Below, one piece after another: positions 12,120 to 24,784 of a stretch of DNA of 64,000 bases. Below the pieces are notes generated by a model that had not been told where the DNA came from, did no database searches, and saw only the letters and a list, made by a program, of their open reading frames with translations. The stretch is from Sphagnum compactum (taxonomy: Eukaryota): positions 3,844,001 through 3,908,000 of the forward strand of contig OZ234494.1 in the NCBI GenBank assembly GCA_965153455.1, written 5' to 3'. The stretch's first letter is position 1. Every line of letters begins with the position of its first letter. Made by a program: the position numbers and the translations under genes.

Positions 12120-15100
12120 TGGGATGAAGCCGTTGGCAACCTTGCGGTCAACCAGCTGATGGAGCACGAGGCGGCCGTGGTTGTCACAACCAAGGCTACT
12201 TCTGCGAAGGAGCCCAAGTGGACCATAGTGATGGCCAAAAACGTGCGCTAGGTGGTTAGCCGGGCTATGGAGACCCTGGCCAACGCGCCTAAATAGGACG
12301 AATGCAAGCTCAACTTGTGCTTCATGGGCTTCAAGACCAAGGAGGGCGAGACCAAGAAGGAACTAGTGTAGAGGTTCAACATAGAATTGTTGCAAGGGCA
12401 AATGAGGTTGTGTGCCAAGGTCGTCGCCACCACGTGGCAACGGCCTGTGACCGCACAAGCTTCCACCTCGGCGGCAGACATGCGCCCCAGCGCGATGCTA
12501 CTCAAATTCGCAACGAAGGAAGACTACCAGGCCGCGTGGCGAGGGCGCAAAGGCTTGGCGGGGACCAAATTAGGCCTAGACGAGGACCTCACACCCGCGC
12601 AACAGGCACTCAAGTCGGAGCTGTGGCCGTTGTTCAAGGAGGCCAAGGCGGCAGGCAAACGCACCTTCTAGCGCGCGGTCGAGCTTTTCATCAACGACAC
12701 TCGGATTTGCCTGCCTTCTTCTATCTAGGTGCACGGGGACCAGAGAGACCTATGCATGGTATTATGGAACATGCACGGGGGTGGCGTAAATAAACTGAAA
12801 ATGGGGGTGCAAATACTAGAGTTGTTTCAGGATGCTGACCTTGTTTTATTAATCGAAACCTGGCACTTCCCAAGCCAACATTTGCCACATGTTGAAGGGT
12901 TTGACTCACTTGCGGTAACGCGCACTGTGCAGCTGGGAAGAAAAAAAGCGATAAAACATAGGGGGGGTTGCTGCTTACTTTCGCAGCCACCTCAGCCCAA
13001 ACCTGTCACAGTGGAAGGAAGGAAGCCACGATTTTTAACTATGGCTACGGGTCAGCAGGGGTGCTACCCCTAACTTGTTTGTCTACGTGGTGTATGCTGC
13101 CCTTCTTGGCTCTAAACACGAGAGCGAATCCTTGTTCCAAAACCTGGCAGCAGATATTGTTGAAGTTCAAACTTTAGGGGGCATAATACTATTGGGAGGG
13201 GATTTTAATGTGCGTACTGCAGCGTAACCAGATACCATTGACACTAGCGACCTTTGTGAAATGTTACAAGCGCCTGAGTTCACTGACACTAAGCAACCAG
13301 CATTGTGGCTAAGTGACGGAATCGTGACGCCAGTGTTGGCGGCTGGGGCCGCGAACTCTTGGACCTATGTTGTGACACTGGGTTGTTCATCCTCAATGAC
13401 CGGACACCTGGTGACGAATTAGGGGAGTTCATTTGCTTGGCAAATGGGGGGCGTAGCACTGTCGATTATATTGTTGGCTCACCTGCAATTTGGCAAGTTC
13501 CTACACACCTCGAGGTGATAACAAATGACACCCACTATTGCGCGATGGGGGGAGACTCTGACCAAAGGCTGTTACGCCTACGGTTGAGCATCGATTGTAG
13601 CTTTGTTGAGCCACAACATACAATTGTAACAAAAAAAATTCTTACCTAGGTTCAAATACGATAAATCAAAAGATGAAGAATATCAATTTGCCCTAATTGC
13701 GAGTTTTGGAAACCTGTGGGTTATTGACTCAATTGGGCATCTAGGGGCAGACAAGTTACCTGACCTACTGCAGCAGTGCGTGGGTGCTGCAGGAGAGCCT
13801 ATTTTTGGCAACAAGCCTTCGAGAGGAAATTACAGAAAGAGACACTGCCATAAACCCTGGTTTGACGTTGACTGCCGTATAGCGAAACGTGAGCTGAGGC
13901 TCTGGCTGAAAGCCAACCCCGATTCGCACACCACTAAACATCAAGAAAGTAAACTTAAAAGTTTATTAAAAAGGAAAAAAAAAATTTGGGAAACTGTAAG
14001 AGCTCAACATATGTGTACACTTGCCAAGGTGGATGCACTCTCGTTTTGGAAAAAGTACCGGCCAAAGGCACCTGTTGTGGACAAAATCAGTGCAGATACG
14101 CTTTCGGAAGGCTTCCACGGGCTAGTTGGCCAGTCTCCGCCACCCATACAGCTGTGAATTGATCACTCGGCTCAAGTGACGGAACCTCCACCTAGCCACA
14201 CCCTGAACACAGATATCACACATGCTGAGCTGCTTTAGGCGCTAAAAAAGCTACAAAAGAATAAGGCTGTTGGTTTGGATGGTATGAAAGCTGAATTCAT
14301 TTTGGATGCGGGAGAGTTGATACACATGCCACTATTGATAGCGTTTGATTGCTTTCTGGCAAAAGGCTTTCCAGAAACCCTTTCCACTAGGGTGGTCCAC
14401 GTGCTCTTTAAAGGGGGCAATGCCTCCGAATTTGACAACTACAAGGGGATAACTATTGGGCCTATCCTAGCAAGCTGTTCACTATGATCCTTAACAAAAG
14501 GCTGAGCGAGTGGGCTGAACAACATGGGCTACGTGCCAAGGGTCAAGTTGGGTTTCGCAAATATTACCACACTACTAACCAACTCTTCATACTGCGAACT
14601 CTGATAGAACATAGCAAAGCAAAAAAAAACCACTCTATTGTTACTTTGTGGACTTCAAAAAGGCGTTTGATATTGTGTCGCGTGAAATGTTGTGGGAGGT
14701 GTTGGCTAGCCTCAGGGTGGAGGGACGCTTATTGCGATGCCTGCAGGCGATGTATGCCAAGGATACCGTACGCATCAACCACCCAAGCAAGGGTGTCACC
14801 TCCAGCTTTAGGTGCTAGCAAGGTGTGAAACAAGGTTGCCCTCTCGGCCCCCTACTATTTGGGCTATATTTGGATGCCCTGGAGGGGCACTTGGACGACA
14901 AAGAGTGTGATGCACCGGCCATAATAGATGTGCACATATGGCTGTTGTTTTTTACAGATGACCTTGCTTTAATGTCGGAGTCAGAAATGGGACTGTAGCA
15001 ACAGTTAGACGCGCTCCAGCAGTTCTGTGCTAAATGTGGACTTACAGTGAACGTGAAAAAAACAAAAGTCATGGTGTTCAACTCTATTGACCCATGCCAA

Positions 15101-16560
15101 GAGTTTGTGTTTAAAGGTGATGTTATTGAGCGTGTGCAGACCTTCAAATACCTAGGGATCCTGCTCGAGACCACCCCAAACCTAGACAGTGCAATGGAAC
15201 ATCTAGCAGCCGCCAGTAGGCGCTCGCTGTTCGCATTGAATCGCCGCTGTGCAGAGCTACATATTATGGACGTCTAATTACGCTATGACCTCTTCAACAC
15301 ATTGGTGCGTTCCATAACAAGCTATGCCTGTGAGGTTTAGGTGGATTCCAAGAAAATAGAGGCTATTAAAGTAGTGTACTGAGGGTTCCTCAAGTCCTTG
15401 CTCGGGGTGCGAAAAACAACTAGCACGTCCATCGTGCTGGCAGAATTTGGCAAATTCCCCTTAGAACACTTTGAATGGGGACAAGTGCTGTTATACTATA
15501 ACCGTGTGAACACGATCACTAAAGACCGCATCTTGGGAAAGGCATGGGAAGCCCAGCTTGCTATGCTTGCTGTGGGAAAGAAATGTTGGGCTAGATCCGT
15601 GAAAAAATGGTTACTCAAGAATTAACCCCAGGAGGTGGTAGGTTTTTTGCCTCTGGTTCAACCGTCACTGGAAACGACGCCTAAGCTTGCAACAACCCGT
15701 GTGCTCCAGGCGAGGACTGCTCAATTGCCGCTGGGAACGGCGCCTAAGCTTGCAACGACCCATGCGCTTCAGGCGAGGACTGTTCAACCGCCGCTGGGAA
15801 TGACTCTTGGGACAACGCACATACATCCGACCCGTCTAGCAGGGGTGAGAGGCTGGGCAAAGAACCAAGTATTTTGGTGCACGCGCACAACGTACGGCTG
15901 GGAGTTCAAATGGCTAAGCTGGCCACGTTACAACTAGTGCAGCCGGTTGGTGCTAAATCTACGACAAGAGGCCCAACCAATCAGGAGGCTAAGGCCCCAC
16001 CCCCTCTAGGTTTTACCCACACAATATTGAGTGTAAAAAGGGTGAAGGATAATATGCGGTTGGCTTTCATTGAAAAGTTTTTTACCAACCGCAAGATCGG
16101 GACCAACATGTAGACAAAATACTTGCGTTTCAAGGGTATGTCATACGAGAGCAAAAGCTACTTGTGTGACATCGGCTGTGTTTAGTTATGGAAAACTTTA
16201 GCCCGGTTTTGGTGTGGCAACACGTAGCTTGAGGTAGTGCTAGGTGCGTGGAAAGGCGTGCCATACGTAAAGAGACTTTGTCGAGGCGCGATTTGGGGAA
16301 GGTTGAGGATGAAGAGCATTTGCTTCTTGTTTGTCCAAATACAGAAAAAGTTAAAGGAACGCTTTTGTTCGGCCCTGCCTCTCACCCACACTAGCACTCT
16401 TGCTGAGTTCATGCAGACTACGAACACGATCGCCCTGGCCAAGTTTGTGGCATGCTGCCAATACCAAAGGACAATCTGTCCTCCATGATCTACCTTTCGT
16501 CTAATGGACTTTCTGGTCCCAAACAGAGGTAAAATTGTAAACAGTAAACAGATAAACAGT
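12120..16560 (+). mobile_element. 5'-truncated, decayed non-LTR retrotransposon (LINE), RTEX-like: RRM-type ORF1, then APE endonuclease, RT and C-terminal Cys/His motif, with a tandem-repeat tail
   Basis: ORF1 remnant 12120-12728 (LLKFATKED, LGLDEDLTPAQQ). ORF2 ~12729-16488 with stops and frameshifts. APE motifs: WNMHG, LIETW, GGDFN, STVDY, SD(Q)R. RT motifs: NYKGI, QVGFR, FVDFKKAFD, GVKQGCPL, FTDDL, FKYLG. C-terminus: RLC..., EDEEHLLLVCP. Tail (GTAAACA)n at 16537-16560. GC content is clearly higher than the flanks. No TSD found. Confidence 0.9.
15657..15806 (+). repeat. 63-bp (21-codon) tandem repeat, ~2.4 copies, inside LINE ORF2
   Basis: Units start at 15657, 15720 and 15783 and translate to VQPSLETTPKLATTRVLQART / AQLPLGTAPKLATTHALQART / VQPPLGMT. 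Confidence 0.9.
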
Positions 16561-16785
16561 TTTCACTTTTCCATTCTACAATACAAATTCCATGTCAGAA
16601 TGTGCTTATCAATTCCACAGAAAAAAGTGCTTGTCCTTTTAGGGCATGAGGGCGGCGCCCGCAACTCCTCTTTGCTTTTGTACCTCGTCGCTAGTCTCTT
16701 TCGCGGAGAGGAGGAATCCCTTCTCAATAGCGACGAAGAAGCGCCGCTCGCGCGTTTCTTCTTTCGATCATTTCTCACAGTCGCG

Positions 16786-17329
16786 ATGAGGGCCAAGGTA
16801 TGTGATTTCTTTCTTCGCTGGTTCTTATGGTCTCTTGCGGTTCATTGTCACGTTTTAAAAGGCTTGTTTTAATTGTTTGCTTTGTTTTGCACATGATATC
16901 GTACCACCTTCGCCAGGTGGCCTCAGTTCCTGACTCTCGGCGGCGGAGTTCGTAGTTTTAAGCAGAAGTTGTTTAGGAGGGAAAGAAGCTTCGACCACTG
17001 TCGTTTTGTTCTGTTTTTTTGCTTCTGTTTTCTTCTCGTTTTTGTTTTATTTTCCTTGCGGACTTGGAGTGTTGTTGAACAGAAACAATATATTTCAGTT
17101 TTCTGATTCTGCATAATTTGAGTCTTCTGATTGTGCCAACCTTGTGTATTTCATTCTTTCTGATTTGTGCCAATAACCATTGAACATTTAAAATATGAGC
17201 TAAAACCATGTGCATATATATGTGTGTGTGTGCGCGTGTTCCTTTTGTGATTTTTTCCAACAGTGGAAGAAGAAACGAATGAGGCGTTTGAAGAGGAAGC
17301 GCAGGAAAATGAGGCAGAGATCTAAATAG
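16786..17329 (+). CDS. RPL41: Ribosomal protein L41 (eL41/eS32), 25 aa, 2 coding exons
   Basis: Exon 1 16786-16797 (ATGAGGGCCAAG|gtatgt) plus exon 2 17264-17329 (cag|TGG...TAG) gives [25 protein letters not shown], the near-invariant plant L41 sequence. Confidence 0.97.
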
Positions 17330-18396
17330 GCCTCTCTCATGATGCATGCATGCAACAGAGACGCTCGCAAAGACCTTTGTCCTATTAGATTTTATGTAAC
17401 TAAGGCATGTTCCAAGGTTTCTTACTTCTGTTGGGAGCATGATTGTAATCTAATGGGGCCAGTCTAAATTTCTTGTCAAGGAAATGGCTGGGGTTGTTGC
17501 AGACTTCCCAAATCATACCTCTTAATCAAGAACCGTCATCAGGGTTTGGGTTAGCAAGCAACCATGAATTTGTCGATTTGATTAATGACAAACTGTGCAT
17601 GAGGATTCTTGGCTTCTGTATGTCCAACTTGTCTCTTTTGTGTGTCCCTTGTGTCAACTTAAGTTCACTGAGCATGAAGGATGAAGAAGGGTGTTAGTGC
17701 ATATTCATACATGATGCACATATATGTATATACCTACATATGTCTATGAATTCTTTTCTGAATAGTGTCCTGCTATTTCTTATTTGAGCATGAAAAACTA
17801 TGCTCAGTTAATCACCTTATTTACAATGTTGATCTACTACAAACCAATCTGCACTGATTCAACAGCGGAAATTATGTTGAGCAATGGTTTATTGTGAAGG
17901 AAATCTTACTTGGTGCTATCTGTTTGAAATTCTTTGGCTGAATCTCAGGCTACTCCACAACAGCGTCACCTCTGGAGGAAGTAACCATTTCTCCAGCACA
18001 AGGCCCAAAAGGTTCAAGAAACTTATAATTGTGAGGTCTGAAGAAGTAGAGATGGTTCGGACACTTGAAATGACCTTAAATGTTTGTGTCATGATGAAAC
18101 ACTCTTGACAAGAAAATAATACAGCAGTGGACTATTGTCTTGTTGAATCTTCTGGTGGGCTGGTAAAACTCCTTATTGGGTGTGCCCAAAAAGGTCCATG
18201 CAGATGATGTGAAAGTCTCTTTTCAAACATTCAGCACTGCTATGCTATGTACTACTAGCAGAGACAGCTGAAGATCAATAACACAACTATGTACAGAACT
18301 AAGACCTGATTTGCAATAGCTTTGCAGAACAACAAAGGTAAAATGTGAAGGCAACACGGTTTCTTTCAACAACCCTTGTTGTGATCAGTATTTAAC

Positions 18397-21364
18397 CTAC
18401 AAGCTAACAAGATGAGCTAGTGATTGTTCAAAGTCTATATCAGACTTGACCAGAGCTGCAGCCACTGCATCTGGCTGGAATCCCATCTCCCGTAACCTGT
18501 CATAAGATGGACAAAAGTCCAGCACCTGCACTCATCCATCAACACATCCACATTCCCAGAACTTTATCATTCCTCTCTCAGCTGTCTACAACTCAAACCT
18601 TAGTCAGGTTTTCCAACCCAATCTGTTTTGTATTGTGCCTCCCTTCAAGTGGCATTCAGATATAAATGGATTCATTAGGCTGTCCTTGGAGATAATAGAG
18701 AGAAAAATTAACCAGGTCACAAGAACTATGACCAAAAATAAGCACCTCAAGGACAAGGTCCATGTCCTCCTGTAAACCAGCAAAAAGCAAGTCCATGATG
18801 CACAAGCAGGGAAATCAAGATGAAAGAACAAAGCAAGCCCTATCAGTATCCAAATTCCAGTGACAAGAGGAAAGAGGAACTGGTATATATGGGCAATTTT
18901 TCGGAATCTATCTTATGGTCATCCCGTGACAATTCCACAAACAGTTCACACTTACCTCATTTTCAATCCTAACTACGTCACTCCATACCCCTACCCACCA
19001 ACATGGATATGACAAGGCAAATTAACACATGCATTTTCATGTCCACAATATTTATATTGATTCAAATTAAATTAAATATGAGATTGTCATAAATAATGAT
19101 GAACTATTGTAAACAAAATGGGAACTTAAGAAAAGGAAAAAAAATAGTTGATCCTCACTGGTAGTGCAAAGTACCACAAAGCCCACGTGAATATACTACT
19201 GAGGGATTTTATGTGGAAATAACTTCCAACAGCAGATATATCCCACCTACCATGGTAGGTAATAGAGGCAGCGAGGGGTCCTATGATTTGGTGGGGAAGG
19301 GGAGTGAACATACAATGTATATGTAGTGGATCTCACAAGACATAGCTTCAGACATGGAAGCATGACAGATTGAGGTGCAGGAGTAAGTCCATGTAAAGTT
19401 GGTCTGCTTCTGCTAGGAATTTTTTAGGCACTACTTAAGATCTGATCCTCTTCATGTCCACACAGCAGACTCCAATCTACTTGGATCTGCTTATTGCTCA
19501 ATGGCAGGAATCCTAACTTGACTTTCCCAGTCTGGATATGTATGATTTTATGTGAGCATTTGTAATCCACCACAAGAAATGGGAAACATATTGTGTCTCC
19601 ATTTCCTCTGCTTGTTCCTGAATTTCTTGTCCATTAGTTTAGATCCCATTCCCACAGGATCCAACTCGAAAAATCTGTTGTACCATAATCAACTGCTGTA
19701 TTTCCAACAGATATGATCAACATGTTTCTGGTTTAAGTCACCCTGCATGACTGTGCATGCTGGATTCTATACCAATTTTTACTTATGGGCATCTGAGCAC
19801 AGAGAAGAAAGAAGAAGTTTAGTCAATAGTGTTCTCACAGCAGTAGACATAGCACCAGATTCATAAATGCCATCCCCAGAAAGACAGAGAAAGAGAGAAA
19901 CCCCAACCTTGTTCTGAACATCTCCTAACGTTCTGATAGCCATCACCACTGCCTCCTTGTTAAGACCCATTGCAATATACTTGCCACCAGCAGGGTCATC
20001 AACCTGTACAGATGGTTTCCAGCCCAAATAGCACTGTCTGAGCAACAAAGCAACAAAAGAGTGATCCAAGGAATCTCCGAAAGCCATATAACATGCACTT
20101 ATACATTGTGGTGAGTTGACACCTTGGCTTACCTGATCTGAAACACAAGAACGAATCACCTGTACACCCTTGTTGTAAGCCATATTTGCTTAAAGAGCTT
20201 CACAGTTATCTAGTGCCATTCTTTCAGCTGACAAGCATTCTGGTTTTCAAAGAAGATGTCAAGTCCAAAATTCTGCTGTCAAAGCTCTGAGAAAGAGTAT
20301 TATTTTGTTGCAGAAAGAATAATATCCAAGACCAAGGAGGGTACACAGAAAATTATAATTTTACCTCTGCAAGGCTTGCACTTGCACCATTGGCCAGCCG
20401 GGAGTGATCTGCACGGATTCTACTGTACGATGGTTGTTGCCCTGGGCTTTCAGCTTCAGCTAAAATGCAGCGTTCTAGGTCAAAATCAAACTGGAACAGG
20501 CTCCTTGGCACCTCGCCACCTTGAGGCAATAATTGAACCTGTGATATCATATGTGACAACACTGACATAGATGTGAACAAGAGGAAGGAAATATACATGT
20601 TGCACATCTATACAACATTGCCACCAGACAGACAACATCCATGCTATTCCATTTGCACATAAGAGAGGCATTGAGCAAGGTTTCCATAAGGATGCAAAAG
20701 GTTAATAAAAACCACATACATACCGGTGGAGCAACTCGATAAATAGGTTTGATAGTTACTTTGATGCCTGTTCCTGCTGCTTATGTTGCAAACCCCCCAC
20801 CCCCCCCCCCCCCGCCCCCCACACATGTTATACCAAACCCCCTGTGAGCAAGCAAGACAACAGATCTAGAAAGCGAAGGGATGAGATGAGATGACAGTAG
20901 CAGGCAGCAGCAGGGGCACAGCTGTGACCGATTCCATGAGGATAACAGTGCAATAGGTTTATAGTCTACCATGACAAACAGTTCTCATGGTAATATTGAC
21001 GTGACGAACATCTCTCAGCTTCCGTCTTCCCTTCCTCCCAACCGATTTCACAAAACCGCGACAACGACGACATCGCCGAAAACAAGACTTGTTGGAAGCA
21101 ACAGCTGCAAAAGAGGGAAGGAAAAGGAAGTGGTAAGAGAAGGAAAAAGAAAACGAAAAACTTACATGAGGAAGAGGAGGAGGTGGCGATCGTGGGAGGA
21201 GGCGGCGGTCGATTCACAGACGGGCCAACAGGTTGCGCGATACGGGGGTACAAGGAAGAAGAGCTATTGTTGGACTGCAGACGATTATACCTCGCAGCGT
21301 CATAGCCACTACTACTTGATTGCGACCTACTCTGCCCTCCTCCTTTCCGATAATCATACTCCAT
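18397..21364 (-). CDS. UBA-domain protein, UBAP1/MVB12-like (UMA motif plus C-terminal UBA-like repeats; putative ESCRT-I-associated), ~216 aa, 5 exons
   Basis: Exons 21364-21166, 20776 (or 20779)-20724, 20538-20365, 20003-19908, 18525-18397, with GT-AG boundaries and consistent phase. Motifs: MEYDYR, SLYPRI, GIKVTIKPIYRVAPP, PRSLFQFDFDLERCILAEAE, KYIAMGLNKEAV, LREMGFQPDAVAAAL. The family label is from recall. Confidence 0.85.
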
Positions 21365-22941
21365 AACTAATTCTCCGTTCTCTTTTCCTCCTCCTGCTAC
21401 TTCTTCTTCTCCTCCTCCTCGTCCTTCTCCTGTCTAGCTTTCCGAAAGCCCTTCTCCTTCTTCAACAACCTTCCCGGCAATCCATGAAAGAAATAAATTA
21501 GAAGAATTTCTCTTCAACTTCAGACCCTTCGTTGCTCCAATTCCTTGTTCTTCTCCAATTTTCTTTGCAGCGACAACAATTCCTGGCCCTCCTCAATCGC
21601 TCGATCGTGCGCGCGCTCGCGAGACAACTCTTCTCTCTCTCTCTCTCTCTCTCGCCCTCTCCTCGGCGCCAACGAGGAAGCTTTCAGCGAGAGTCGTAGT
21701 TCCAAGCAACAGGACACGGTCCCGCGTTTTGGTCACATTTAGCCAGTTTGCTCAATTATTTTTGATAAATCGCCATATTTCTTTGCTCGGTTCTAGCATG
21801 TAGCCAAAAAAATTTATTATTATTATTATTATGTTGTATTTCGAGTTTAATTTGCATGTTATAAACCAAAAAAAAATTCCCACATGACGTGATTATTTTT
21901 CGATTACATATTATATATTCCCATGGTTCATATTTATTTTCTTCTTTGTCTTGTTGAGATAATGCATAATTTCTTTGCTGTTTTTTTTATTAAAAACATT
22001 GCAGCCCATAAAACAAAAATGAGATTATTTTGTTCAAAAGATTGCTAGATTTCAAATTATGACAATATTAAAATTTTCATAAATTGAATTTTTTTACCAC
22101 TAATGAGTTTTGTATCTTTTCCATGAATGAAAAACACTTTTACATATTCATCTTAGCAAATCCATAATAACTTATGTTTCATGTTTGAAGCTATGTTTTA
22201 TTTTGCCATGTTAAAATTCAAATTCCCCCATATGACTAAGTATTTTTGTTTACATATTTCTATGTTTTCATTATTGAGCCTTTGAGGTAGGTAGTGCTTG
22301 TTTTCTTAATTTTGTGATGTAGATGAGGTGTTTATACTCCATAAGCTAAAAAGAAAAAGTTTTAAACATCCTTATATATTTGTAGCTACCACCTTGAACC
22401 ATGTACATAAATCTGTGTGACATTTTGAAAATATTTTAATTATTTAAAAAAAATTTGGGGATTTTTTGGTTCAAAAAAGTCCTTGAATTTGTGACCAAAT
22501 TTTTTGAAACAATCACACAAAAAAAAGGGTTTAAGGTTGGGTTTAGGGTTTAGTAAGGGGCTGCTTTGAGGAGTTGGTTTTTTTAAGAGAAGAAGCATGT
22601 CGATCACCTTTCTATAGGTGCTTCAAGGATGTTAGTGTCATTGGTATGATATTACATATAGTAAAGGACGTCGGGATGAAAAATAAAGTTTCTCCTGAAT
22701 CTGTCCCATCGTCCATCTGTCCATCCGTCTGATCGTCCATGCGAATCAACGCCCTGAAAGCTCCAAGGTTATCGACTGCACACCATCCCTTTACTGAGTC
22801 TGACGCTGCAGCTTTCTGCCCACCAAGAATGGGAAGGAAATAAACCAGGAATGACCTTCCATCCATGTCCCTATTTAGATACATCATCATCCTCCTAGTG
22901 GGTCCCTTTGCCGGTGCCCCAAGTACCTCAAACATTAGGTA

Positions 22942-22995
22942 AGGTCACCCATCCAAATACTATTCTAGTTGAAATGGGCTTAATTTTGGAGTTCT
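22942..22995 (-). pseudogene. Degenerate internal fragment of 5S rRNA (box A to box C region), probably carried by a repeat
   Basis: Minus strand agaactccaaaattaagc...agaatagtatttggatgggtgacct aligns without gaps to the plant 5S core AGAACTCCGCAGTTAAGC...GAGTAGTACTAGGATGGGTGACCT (about 40/54 identities by hand against a recalled consensus). The 5' and 3' ends of 5S are absent. Confidence 0.75.
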
Positions 22996-24784
22996 TTGTG
23001 AAATAAACATTTCATTTTTTTAATTTAAAAATCACTCTAAATTCAATAACTTTTGCCATTTTAATCTGAAAATAGTAGAACCTCCGATGTGCACACCACC
23101 TTGTGAAGAGGTTCCCACTTTTCCAAGGCAAAAGTGAAGCAAAGGACCCCACAATTGGGGAGGGTTATTGCATGATCACATCCAAACAAATAAACACACG
23201 TCTTAATATAAAGATTTGTGGAAGTGCTTAGTCAAGACACAAGTGCAATAAGTTGAAGTGCACCAAACACTTGTCACACAAATGATTAAATCACATTTCA
23301 ACACATGGTTGTGAAATGTACATAAACTAGAACATATGGTACTCAAGCTACTTTGGATATTCACCCTTTTATGTCTTATAGCTCTTCCTTTATTTCAATT
23401 ATCATTCCCTTCTTGAAGGTTTCACTATTATCCAATCATCCATTAACATTCGCTAAGGGGATCCGTTAGGTGAACTTTTTTTCACCTTGGCTTATTTTCG
23501 AGCTTTGCACAATTCAACTAGCCTTTTTTTTTTTTTTTCCGCTCTTGCTTGTACCTTTTTTGTGATAACACTCATATCATTAAGCATGCCTTTATGGTTC
23601 ATCATCCTTTCATTCATTTTATTGTCAAGTTAAGTTTGATGAAATTTGTTTATGAAAATGTTGTGGCTTTTGTTTATGTGCTTGAGCATTTGGGATTTTG
23701 AGGTGAAAGATGAAGTTGAAACAAAATTAGTTTGTTTAAACAAACATGTTTTTTTTTGCATTTATGATGACTTTTGTTGTTCTTTTGTTATAAGGTTCAA
23801 CTTTGATAATGTTTAAATCCATCGAAATTAAAAGTATGCATATAAGGTAAGGTTTTTTCAAAATAAAATAATTCTTTTGTTTGAAAATATTATCTTGAAT
23901 AAAAAAGCATGCACATGTGATATTATATAATTTTATTAAGATGCTAATAATTGTGTCATTGAATGTGTTGTTTGTTATGTAATAATCCAAACCAATACAT
24001 GCAAAAAAATTCAAAACAAAAAAAATGAAATAACAAACCAAATATATATTCCAAATATGTGATGCATTTTATTTTGAAAACCGTGCCATTGTATGCAATG
24101 TAACCAATTGCAATTTAATTTGTATCAATATTATGTGTGTTGCATTTTAATGATAAGTAAATCTTAATAATGACAATGTGGTCGTAAATTAATTTTATTT
24201 AAGTTGAAAAGATGAATTGTTAGATATCTTTTGCATTAAAATGTTATGTATATGTTATTGATCTCATTTCACATGTGACATTGAATATCATAATATGGCA
24301 TATTTGAAACAAAAAAGGTGGAATGAAAAAATAATGGCTCAAGCTCCATTTCAACAAATTTATATATATACATTTATGGAAACATAATGTTTAAATGATA
24401 ACATTTAATTGTTGTGGTTCATCATATTTGTGATGGCCTTTTGTTTAGACAAAGAGAAACCTTTGTTATAAATAACTTGCGCAATATATTTAAATTTATA
24501 ATCAAATTATATTTCAATTAAAAATGCATTTTAAAAAATGTTCTTGGAATCTTCTTTCAACCTTAAATGTCAATGCATGCATTTTTAGATCCATTTCATG
24601 TTTATAAATAGTGATGGAATGCATTTTGAACTATCTATCATATTTTGAATAATGATAATGTGTGTGCAAGGTTTACACATTTGAACTATAAGTTGCAATG
24701 TACTTGTTTAGTACTATTAAAATCAACTACCATACAATTACATTGGAGCCCATAACAAAACATCTAGTTGCAATTGCAAAGGAT

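Noticed and set aside
12090..12125. Search for a target-site duplication around the LINE
   Set aside because: No sequence near the 5' junction matches the flank after 16560, so the 5' boundary remains approximate.
22531..22553. TTTAGGG telomere-like motifs (also at ~29818 and ~39531)
   Set aside because: Only 2-3 units, so these are telo-box-scale interstitial motifs and not a telomere.
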